Source: an uncultured Candidatus Peribacteria bacterium (lineage in GTDB: Bacteria > Patescibacteriota > Gracilibacteria > UBA1369 > UBA12470). Taken from it: DNA of 64,000 bases. Of the stretch, positions 27,816 through 35,339 are shown in pieces. The notes below the pieces were generated by a model, which saw only the letters and a list, made by a program, of their open reading frames with translations, did no database searches and was not told where the DNA came from. The stretch covers positions 61,762 through 125,761 of the forward strand of contig CAYFOI010000001.1 of NCBI GenBank assembly GCA_964344725.1, read 5' to 3'. A program made the translations under genes and the position numbers. Numbering within the stretch: position 1 is the stretch's first letter; each line of letters opens with the position of its first letter.

Positions 27816-28448
27816 ATGAGGAAAACAGAATTAACAACTGTACTACTGACAGTAGCTTCGATAGTGTCTGCTTGGCTTTTATATCCTCATATGCCGCCAG
27901 AGATGGCTTCGCATTGGAATGCTGCAGGAGAGGTCGATGGATATATGAGTAAATTTTGGGGGCTCGCACTATTCCCAATCCTCTTCGGATTTATGACAGT
28001 GCTTTTTATAGCAATTCCACGTATCGATCCGCTCAAAAAAAACATCAAAAAATTCCAGAGCTATTTCGATGGATTCATAATCCTTTTATACCTGTTTTTC
28101 GTATGGATTTTTGCACAGATGGTGCTGTGGAACTTCGGGATAGAAATCTCAATGATGATAACGATGCCAATAGCAATGGCAATACTTATGTTTTACATTG
28201 GAATTCTTTTGGAAAAAGCTAAACAAAATTGGTTTATAGGAATTCGTACCCCTTGGACACTCTCTAGCGAAAAAGTTTGGGATAAAACTCACAAACTGGG
28301 AGCAAGATTGTTCAAAACACTGGCAGTAATAATACTTGCAAGCCTTCTTGTGCCAAAGTACTCGATTTGGATCGTCATAATGCCGATTATAGCCACAGCA
28401 TTATGGCTTTTTATATATTCTTATTTAGAATTTAAAAAAGAAAAATGA
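27816..28448 (+). CDS. SdpI/YhfL-family membrane protein (DUF1648 + SdpI)
   Basis: MASHWNAAGEVDGY and GIRTPWTLSSEKVWDKTHK motifs; 5-6 TM. Confidence 0.6.
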   Translation: MRKTELTTVLLTVASIVSAWLLYPHMPPEMASHWNAAGEVDGYMSKFWGLALFPILFGFMTVLFIAIPRIDPLKKNIKKFQSYFDGFIILLYLFFVWIFAQMVLWNFGIEISMMITMPIAMAILMFYIGILLEKAKQNWFIGIRTPWTLSSEKVWDKTHKLGARLFKTLAVIILASLLVPKYSIWIVIMPIIATALWLFIYSYLEFKKEK

Positions 28449-28747
28449 AACCTGGCATACAAGCCACAAGCAGAGTGCCAATAGACGGATATGGTCAGCT
28501 GAGAACAGAAGATAATGGGGATGGAGAAACTACAATAACTTTCGAAGGGCAAAGCTGGATTGTGCCGACAGGCAGAACGGCTGCAATAGTCAAAGAAATG
28601 AGAAGACCAATGGCAAGGATGGATGGGGCAAGTGCAATGGATAAAATCCAGCTGCCGTCTCTCGCTAGTCTGGAAGAACCTCTAGCAAGAATAGAAATGC
28701 TGGTCAAACAATACGGTGGAAGAGCAGCCGAAGCCACACAGCCCTAG
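28445..28747 (+). CDS. hypothetical soluble protein (Arg-rich), start overlaps the sdpI-like stop (ATGA)
   Basis: 100-aa ORF with no recognised domain. Confidence 0.4.
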   Translation: MKPGIQATSRVPIDGYGQLRTEDNGDGETTITFEGQSWIVPTGRTAAIVKEMRRPMARMDGASAMDKIQLPSLASLEEPLARIEMLVKQYGGRAAEATQP

Positions 28748-28806
28748 CGCAACTTGCGAAAACATGGTATAATAACAGGAGTAAATAAAAACAAAACTCC
28801 TTTTAT

Positions 28807-30189
28807 ATGAAATTCACATCTTACGGAGCAGCGCGCGAAGTCACTGGTTCAAAGCACCTCATCCAATTAGGGGACAAAAAAGTCCTATTTGATTGTGGAA
28901 TGTTCCACGGTCGCAGGAAGGAAGCGAATCAAAAAAACCGAGAATTCGCATTTAATCCATCAGAAATAGATGCGGTTGTTCTTTCACATGCGCACATTGA
29001 TCACAGCGGAAGCCTTCCGAACCTGGCAAAACAAGGATTTCAAGGTCCGATCTACTGTACTCCAGCAACTCGAGATCTATGCCAACACATGCTACGCGAT
29101 AGTGCATACATCCAAGAACGTGAAGCAGAATATATAAACGAAAAACACCGCAAAAAAGGAGAAGAACTCATTGAGCCGATCTATACACAAGAAGACGCAG
29201 AACTAGCTCTTCAATACTTTAGATCACAAAAATACGGCGAAACTTTTGAGCCAGTAGAAGGGATGAAAGTAACTTTTCGCGAAGCTGGCCATATCCTTGG
29301 TGCAGCAATAGTAGAAATAGAAGCAGAGGGTAAAAAAATAGTTTTCACAGGAGATCTAGGACGAAAAGACTTACCTGTTTTAAAAGATCCATACCTTCCA
29401 GCACAAGCAGATATCTTGATTACCGAAGCAACTTACGGTAATCGCCTGCACGAATCTGTAGTCGAAGCTGAAGAGAAACTAGGAGACATCATAAATCGTA
29501 CAATCAAAAAAGGAGGAAAAGTAATCATCCCCGCGTTTGCACTAGGAAGAACACAGGAAGTTGTATACGCAATCCACAAATTAGTACAAGAAGGTAGGGT
29601 TAGCGCAGATTTGCCAGTTTATGTAGACAGTCCACTCGCAGTCAACGTTACAGACGTATTTAGGCAGCACAAAGAGTGTTATGACACAGAAGCAAAAGAA
29701 CTTTTTACAGACAGAGAAGAAGACGCATTCGGATTTTCACGTCTCAAGTACATAACAAAAGTCGAAGAATCTAAAGCTCTCAACCATCACGTTGGGCCAT
29801 GCATAATTATCTCGGCATCTGGGATGTGTGAGTTCGGACGAATAACACATCACCTCAAGAATAATGTCGAAGACCACAAGAACACAGTTCTCATAGTCGG
29901 ATACATGGCCGAAAATACTTTGGGAAGAAAACTCCTAGAAAAACAGAAAGAAGTCAAAATCTTCGGGAAACCTTATCAAGTCCACGCAGAAGTTGAGGTA
30001 ATTGATTCATATTCAGCACATGCAGACCGTTCAGACCTTCTTAATTTCGCAACACACTTAGAAGGACTTAAAAAAATCTTTATAGTTCACGGCGAGGAAA
30101 CAGCACAAATGGACTACAAAGAAGCTCTTAAACAGAACGGATTCACTGATATACAGATCCCAAAGCAGGGGGAAGAATTTGAGATATAA
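28807..30189 (+). CDS. MBL-fold beta-CASP ribonuclease (CPSF-73/RNase J-like)
   Basis: HAHIDHSG, EATYG and later His/Asp motifs. ~460 aa, typical of COG1236-type RNA-processing exonucleases. Confidence 0.75.
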   Translation: MKFTSYGAAREVTGSKHLIQLGDKKVLFDCGMFHGRRKEANQKNREFAFNPSEIDAVVLSHAHIDHSGSLPNLAKQGFQGPIYCTPATRDLCQHMLRDSAYIQEREAEYINEKHRKKGEELIEPIYTQEDAELALQYFRSQKYGETFEPVEGMKVTFREAGHILGAAIVEIEAEGKKIVFTGDLGRKDLPVLKDPYLPAQADILITEATYGNRLHESVVEAEEKLGDIINRTIKKGGKVIIPAFALGRTQEVVYAIHKLVQEGRVSADLPVYVDSPLAVNVTDVFRQHKECYDTEAKELFTDREEDAFGFSRLKYITKVEESKALNHHVGPCIIISASGMCEFGRITHHLKNNVEDHKNTVLIVGYMAENTLGRKLLEKQKEVKIFGKPYQVHAEVEVIDSYSAHADRSDLLNFATHLEGLKKIFIVHGEETAQMDYKEALKQNGFTDIQIPKQGEEFEI

Positions 30190-30190
30190 A

Positions 30191-30823
30191 ATGGCACTTC
30201 CAGGTAAAAGAATAGGATTCCGAAAAGCACCAGCATTAACAGGGCCGTTAATGAAAATTTTAGAGTCCATAACTGAGACTACAGTTGCATTTGAAGTGGA
30301 GAAAATGTGCCAAGATCCAGATTTCGCGGTAGCTTTCACGGCAAGAGTTCCAGATCCTGCTGAACAAAGAAGATATTTGACGGAAACATCAAAATATCTA
30401 ATCCAAGGTCCCAAGGCAGCAGATCATAGATATGTTCTTGTTTTTAGAAGGACTTTGCCATCAGAAACTCCAAAAGCGGAGGAGCATTGGACAGCTGAAT
30501 ATATTCAAGCAAGAAATGGGCTTAGAAGAGAGATTCCAGAAGGACCACATAGATGGTATAGCGTAATCCTATGTTCTAGCTTGGACGATATCATGTCTGA
30601 TGGAGGATTACATCCAGAACAAAACGAAGCGACAACAGACGGAGAAGTAAAAGTGATAAGCCCAGCTTATGACGTTTCTAGATGTGTTTGTATTATAAAA
30701 CCCGAAAGAGAACAACAAGCATTAGCTGAATATCTAGAAACTGCAGGAGCAATAACCTTAGATGAACTCAGAGGTCGAATCGCACGTAAATGGGGAAAAA
30801 CTACAGGAGAATCCGAGATCTAA
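30191..30823 (+). CDS. hypothetical protein (Arg-rich)
   Basis: ORF; I prefer the ATG at 30191, just after the upstream stop. No recognised domain. Confidence 0.45.
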   Translation: MALPGKRIGFRKAPALTGPLMKILESITETTVAFEVEKMCQDPDFAVAFTARVPDPAEQRRYLTETSKYLIQGPKAADHRYVLVFRRTLPSETPKAEEHWTAEYIQARNGLRREIPEGPHRWYSVILCSSLDDIMSDGGLHPEQNEATTDGEVKVISPAYDVSRCVCIIKPEREQQALAEYLETAGAITLDELRGRIARKWGKTTGESEI

Positions 30824-31263
30824 AAAGCTCTATTCCTGCCGTTGCCGCGACCACGACCGCGACCACATCCTCTGCGAGGTCTTTGATCTTGTTGTGAATT
30901 GTCTTTGTCGTCGCATGGTCCCATGCCGCGACCTGTTTTTGGGCCTTTGCCTTGAGGCCCGGTTCCGTCTCGATTTGGCATATTTATATTGGTTAAAATT
31001 TTGATAGCTTTGCCGTTTACTAAAGCATCTGAAACTTTTTTGTGAGCAGATGATAGAATTCTTTGGAAAGTTGCTTTGGAAATGGTCATTTTTTTAGAAG
31101 CCTCATCCATCTTTAGTCCATCGATATTTGAGAGTCTCATAGCTTCAAGCTCATCATCTTCTAAATCGATTTGTTTAAGTAGGGAAGCGGGAACCCCTTG
31201 CGGCTTGTAGTAAGTAACGTCAGGAGAGAATCGAATTCGACGACGTCTTTTTGGCCTTGTCAT
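30820..31263 (-). CDS. DUF134 (HTH) protein fused to DUF5320-like Gly/Arg-rich C-terminus
   Basis: MTRPKRRRRIRFSPDVTYYKPQG...LEAMRL...SKATFQRIL is DUF134-like. MPNRDGTGPQGKGPKTGRGMGPC is DUF5320-like. Confidence 0.65.
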   Translation of the reverse strand: MTRPKRRRRIRFSPDVTYYKPQGVPASLLKQIDLEDDELEAMRLSNIDGLKMDEASKKMTISKATFQRILSSAHKKVSDALVNGKAIKILTNINMPNRDGTGPQGKGPKTGRGMGPCDDKDNSQQDQRPRRGCGRGRGRGNGRNRAF

Positions 31264-31333
31264 TCAGTGCGTAGTTACGAAACATGTCTCATAACTATTT
31301 TAGCAAAACAAATGAAAAAAACAAACGTTTTCC

Positions 31334-31361
31334 TTGACATTAACGTTTCGATGAATAAAAT
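31334..31361 (+). promoter_or_regulatory. candidate ilv promoter TTGACA-N16-TAAAAT flanked by palindrome AAACGTT(31323-29)/AACGTTT(31342-48)
   Basis: Direct reading. The transcription start would fall only a few nt before the leader-peptide ATG. Confidence 0.45.
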
Positions 31362-31371
31362 CGAGGTAACT

Positions 31372-31431
31372 ATGAAATTTCTACGCGGAACAAAACTAAT
31401 TTCAATTATTCTAATCCTAGCCCTGAGTTAG
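31372..31431 (+). CDS. Ile/Leu-rich leader peptide MKFLRGTKLISIILILALS
   Basis: 19 codons, with 8 of codons 9-18 being Ile or Leu. It lies immediately upstream of alternative hairpins and a terminator, and of BCAA genes. Confidence 0.65.
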   Translation: MKFLRGTKLISIILILALS

Positions 31432-31453
31432 CGAGATCTTTTATGTAAATATG

Positions 31454-31497
31454 TCCCCGCAAAGAACCTCGCTAACTAAGAAGCGGGGATTTTTTTT
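31454..31497 (+). terminator. attenuator terminator TCCCCGC-22 nt-GCGGGGA + T8
   Basis: Stem 31454-60/31483-89 followed by 8 T. A competing 10-bp stem (31426-35/31468-77) overlaps the leader stop codon. Confidence 0.65.
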
Positions 31498-31806
31498 GGC
31501 CACCTAAAACATATTTACTATCTAAGAACTTAAAAAAATGGATCCCGAAATTACAAGTACCGCAGAAAAGCCAAGCATTACAGCAATAATCGCCCAAATA
31601 GCACAAGAAAGACCAGAATTGTTTGCTAACCAAGGCAAACCGGGAGATGTAGGTCCATGGGACCGGCAGAAGACCCTAGATTAACAGCAGAAATAGAAGC
31701 AAGAATGATGAGAGCACATACAGGTCAGGCAGCCGTAAACGCTACTCAAATAGGAATACCAGCCGCCGCCACTTAAAACTCGTTTACCTCACTAATTCAC
31801 TAAAAA

Positions 31807-33648
31807 ATGAACCACCAGAAATTCTACAAACTTAGATGCGTACAATGTAAGAAAGAAACTGCCGAAGAAAAAACAGCGACGGTTTGCCCAAGTTGCGGAG
31901 GTGCTTTGGATGTGGAATACGATTACGAGTACATCAAATCAAAGATGAATTTCTATTCGCTTAGGAACGCTCCGATATCGGCTAGGAAGTATCTTGGGTT
32001 TTATCCTCTGAACAACCTGAATCTGCTGGTTACGCTGAGTGAGGGCGGAACTCCCCTGAGAAACGCCCACAAACTCGGCAAGAAACTAGGACTGAAAAAT
32101 CTGTATATAAAAAATGAAGGCGCCAACCCCACGGGCGTCTTCAAAGATAGAGGGTCACTTGTAGAGCTTACAAAAGCTCGTGAACTTGGCGCAAAAGCTG
32201 TTTGCTGTGCATCAACAGGTAATATGGCAGCATCTGTTTCCGCTTATGCTGCAGCCTCAAATATGCCATGCTATGTGTTGGTGCCAGAAGGAACGCCAAT
32301 TGGCAAGTTGGCTCAGAGTCTGATTTACGGAGCTCGTATCCTCCAAATCCGTGGAACTTATGCAGACTGTTGTAGGCTTTGTGAGGAGATGGCGAAAAAG
32401 CACAACTTCTATCTTGCTGGAGACTATGTTTTCCGCGCAGAGGGACAGAAGTCTTGTGCTTATGAAATAATTGAACAGCTTTTTTGGAAAGTACCTGATG
32501 CGGTAATTGTGCCGATGGGTTGTGGTACAAACATTTCGGCTATTTGGAAAGGATTTAAAGATCTAAAAGCACTCGGCTTTATAAGAAAAATGCCAAAAAT
32601 GATAGGTGTACAACCTGAAAAAGTACCAACCATCGTTGATGCTTTTAGAAATAATAAAAAGAGATATACGAGAGTCGACAAACCATCTTCAGTAGCATCG
32701 GCGGTTGGAATTGGAGAACCGCTCGATGACATAAAAGCATTACGCACACTGCGCGAATCGGACGGCTGGGCAGAATCAGCAGAAGAAATGGAAATATTAC
32801 AGGCAGAAAAAGACATGGCCCACGAAGAGTCGATATTCGTCGAGCCAAGTGCAGCTTTGCCAGTCGCTTGTTTGAAAAAACTCCTCAAAAAGAAAGTAAT
32901 TAAGGAAAATGACGTTGTCGTATGTATTGCAACAGGCTTAGGACTGAAAGATCCGAAGTCAGCAACAGCAATTATGCCGGATCCACCGGTTTTAGAGCCG
33001 ACAAATGATGACATAGACAGATATCTAAAACACAAAATCTACGAAATTCGTGCAGCCTCAGTCGCAGGACGTGAAAATATGCTTTGGACAAAGATCCCAA
33101 CCAAAGAACAACTCAAGAAAATCGTAAAAAAAGAGTTCAATTTGACCCTGTCCAAAGGACATTTAGAAGAAGCTATCAGGCAAGTTAAGCTTTTCCACGA
33201 AAAAACAGAAAAAATGCGCCAAGCAGACTTGCAGTACATTGTTGAAAACGTCCTTAAGAACTTCACCGACAAGAAAAAAGTCCTAGAAGTTAAAGATTAC
33301 AAACTTGACGTAACTCGCCACGAAAAACCACGTGCAGAAGTAGAAGTCCTATACTTCGGCGAAACAATCCGTGTCGCAGCAAAAGGTGCGGGTCCAGTCG
33401 ACGCTATAATCAAAGCTGCCCGCAAAGCCATAGAAGGGAAGGATAAGCTAGAATGCTGGCTCACATCTTACAATGTAGAGATAAGCACCCAAGGTACAGA
33501 CGCCGTCGTAGAAGTTCAAATGGGTGTGAAATCAAAAGATGGAACAGAAGTCCTAGTCTCAGCAACATCACCTGATATAATCGTGGCATCAATTGATTGC
33601 TTCGAAAAAGGTTACAATAATTTATTCTATAAATCGAATGGCAAATGA
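31807..33648 (+). CDS. threonine-synthase-family PLP enzyme with N-terminal zinc ribbon and C-terminal LeuA/CimA-type (LeuA_dimer-like) regulatory domain
   Basis: CVQC...CPSC ribbon; NEGANPTGVFKDRG PLP-lysine motif; CASTGNMAAS. The C-terminal ~140 aa carry AAKGAGPVDAIIKAARKAI and SPDIIVASIDCFEKGYNNL, as in IPMS/citramalate synthase regulatory domains. Confidence 0.7.
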   Translation: MNHQKFYKLRCVQCKKETAEEKTATVCPSCGGALDVEYDYEYIKSKMNFYSLRNAPISARKYLGFYPLNNLNLLVTLSEGGTPLRNAHKLGKKLGLKNLYIKNEGANPTGVFKDRGSLVELTKARELGAKAVCCASTGNMAASVSAYAAASNMPCYVLVPEGTPIGKLAQSLIYGARILQIRGTYADCCRLCEEMAKKHNFYLAGDYVFRAEGQKSCAYEIIEQLFWKVPDAVIVPMGCGTNISAIWKGFKDLKALGFIRKMPKMIGVQPEKVPTIVDAFRNNKKRYTRVDKPSSVASAVGIGEPLDDIKALRTLRESDGWAESAEEMEILQAEKDMAHEESIFVEPSAALPVACLKKLLKKKVIKENDVVVCIATGLGLKDPKSATAIMPDPPVLEPTNDDIDRYLKHKIYEIRAASVAGRENMLWTKIPTKEQLKKIVKKEFNLTLSKGHLEEAIRQVKLFHEKTEKMRQADLQYIVENVLKNFTDKKKVLEVKDYKLDVTRHEKPRAEVEVLYFGETIRVAAKGAGPVDAIIKAARKAIEGKDKLECWLTSYNVEISTQGTDAVVEVQMGVKSKDGTEVLVSATSPDIIVASIDCFEKGYNNLFYKSNGK

Positions 33649-35339
33649 AATCTGATAATTTTAGTGAACAACAGCTGGGAGGGGGAGCTCGTGAGGGGGA
33701 ACCTAAGGTGCCCACTCACGAATTAAGATCTGATATTTTAAAAAAAGACGTTGCAACAATCCCACACCGCGCGCTCTTGCGAGCATGCGGCGTTACAGAG
33801 GATGACTTCAAAAAACCTTTCATCGGAGTCGCAAACTCATATAACGACGTAGTGCCAGGACACATACATCTGAACGAATTAACAGAGGAAGTTAAGCGCG
33901 GAATCCGCGATGCTGGAGGCGTCCCATTTGCTTGGGGAGTGCCTGGAGTTTGTGACGGGATAGCGATGTATGCGGAAATGCGTTTATCTCTTCCATCTCG
34001 AGAACATATTGCTGACAACATCGAGATCATGATGCTTTCTCATTCGTTTGATGGATGGGTCGGAGTCACTAATTGCGACAAAATTACGCCAGGAATGCTC
34101 ATGGCAGCAGGTCGTTTAGACTTGCCAGCAATGCTGATAACAGGCGGCCCTATGAAAAGAGCGGAAAGTGATGGTGAAAAAGTTCATCCAATCCAAGGAT
34201 TCGGATACGCAGGACAAGTTAAAGCCGGCAAAATGAGCCTCGAAGAAGCTGAAAAGAAACTCCAAATCTGCTCAAAATGTGGAGCCGGCTCTTGCGTTGG
34301 TCTATACACAGCAAACACAATGGCTTGTGTGACCGAAACACTCGGTATGTCCGTCACGAAATGTGCAACGACATGGGCTCTTTCAGAAGAAAAAAAGAAT
34401 CAGGCTTACGAAACAGGTCGTCGCATAGTTGAGTTGGTACAGCAAGACATGAAACCGTCTCAAATTATGACGAAAGAATCTTTTGAAAACGCAGTCAGGG
34501 TAGATATGACAATGGGAGGATCCACAAACGCAGTTCTTCATATCCCAGCGATCGCAAAAGAACTCGGTATCGAGATTGGCAACGACGATTTCGATAGGAT
34601 AGCTCGTGAAACCCCGAACATCTGCAAGCTTATTCCGGCCTCGGACAAATATGAAATGATCGATCTTGATAGGGCAGGCGGAATCCCCGCAGTTTTGAGT
34701 CGGATAAAAGATATGATTAATGATGGACAGACTGTGAACGGACGAACCATTATGGAAATCGCATCTTCAGCTGAAATTCTAGACGATGATGTTGTGAGAC
34801 CACTAGACAATCCTTACTTCGAACAAGGTGGAATAGCCGTTTTGAAAGGCAACATCGCGGAAGGATCTGTAATCAAACAAACAGCAGTCGTAGAAGACAT
34901 GATGGAGCACTCAGGTCCGGCAAAAGTTTTCACTTCAGAAGAAGATTTACTTGTAGCAATTGAGAAGAAAGAGATCGAAGAAGGCGACGTAGTTGTAATG
35001 CAATATATGGGACCGGCTGGAGCACCTGGAATGCCGGAAATGCTTACTCCGACAGACGCGATCAAAGGCGCAGGTTACAAAAAAGTCGCACTAATAACAG
35101 ATGGCAGATTTTCAGGAGGAACCGTAGGTCCATGCATAGCTCATATCGAACCAGAAGCATTTAACGGTGGACCAATTGCAGCAATCCGAGATGGTGACAT
35201 CATAGAAATCAGCGTCCCAAATCGTACACTCAATGTGAAACTCTCAGACGAAGAAATCGCAGAACGTCTCAAAACCGCACAAGCACCAGAAAGAAAAATG
35301 ACATCAGTCCTTGAAAGATATCGTGACATGTATTCATAA
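33645..35339 (+). CDS. ilvD: dihydroxy-acid dehydratase
   Basis: PHRALLRACGV, CDGIAM, CDKITPGMLMAA, TDGRFSGGT. The ATG overlaps the upstream stop (ATGA). Homology begins near codon 24, and an in-frame GTG at 33708 is an alternative start. Confidence 0.9.
   Translation: MKSDNFSEQQLGGGAREGEPKVPTHELRSDILKKDVATIPHRALLRACGVTEDDFKKPFIGVANSYNDVVPGHIHLNELTEEVKRGIRDAGGVPFAWGVPGVCDGIAMYAEMRLSLPSREHIADNIEIMMLSHSFDGWVGVTNCDKITPGMLMAAGRLDLPAMLITGGPMKRAESDGEKVHPIQGFGYAGQVKAGKMSLEEAEKKLQICSKCGAGSCVGLYTANTMACVTETLGMSVTKCATTWALSEEKKNQAYETGRRIVELVQQDMKPSQIMTKESFENAVRVDMTMGGSTNAVLHIPAIAKELGIEIGNDDFDRIARETPNICKLIPASDKYEMIDLDRAGGIPAVLSRIKDMINDGQTVNGRTIMEIASSAEILDDDVVRPLDNPYFEQGGIAVLKGNIAEGSVIKQTAVVEDMMEHSGPAKVFTSEEDLLVAIEKKEIEEGDVVVMQYMGPAGAPGMPEMLTPTDAIKGAGYKKVALITDGRFSGGTVGPCIAHIEPEAFNGGPIAAIRDGDIIEISVPNRTLNVKLSDEEIAERLKTAQAPERKMTSVLERYRDMYS
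33654..33720 (+). repeat. 67-nt G-rich hairpin module, copy 1 (inside annotated ilvD 5' end)
   Basis: 61/67 identical to 35447-35513 by manual alignment. Stems CGTGAG/CTCACG and GGGAACC/GGTGCCC. Confidence 0.9.

Noticed and set aside
31363-31371. GAGGT upstream of the leader-peptide ATG as a Shine-Dalgarno
   Set aside because: If the TTGACA/TAAAAT promoter is real, this sequence is at or before the transcription start. In addition, other genes here lack SD sequences. It is left unresolved rather than called.
33461-33715. Antisense ORFs 33461..33715 and 35269..35574 sharing the peptide GTLGSPSRAPPPSCCSLK
   Set aside because: The shared peptide is simply the reverse-strand reading of the duplicated 67-nt module. 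Both ORFs lie antisense to well-supported genes (thrC-like/ilvD, ilvD/ilvB).
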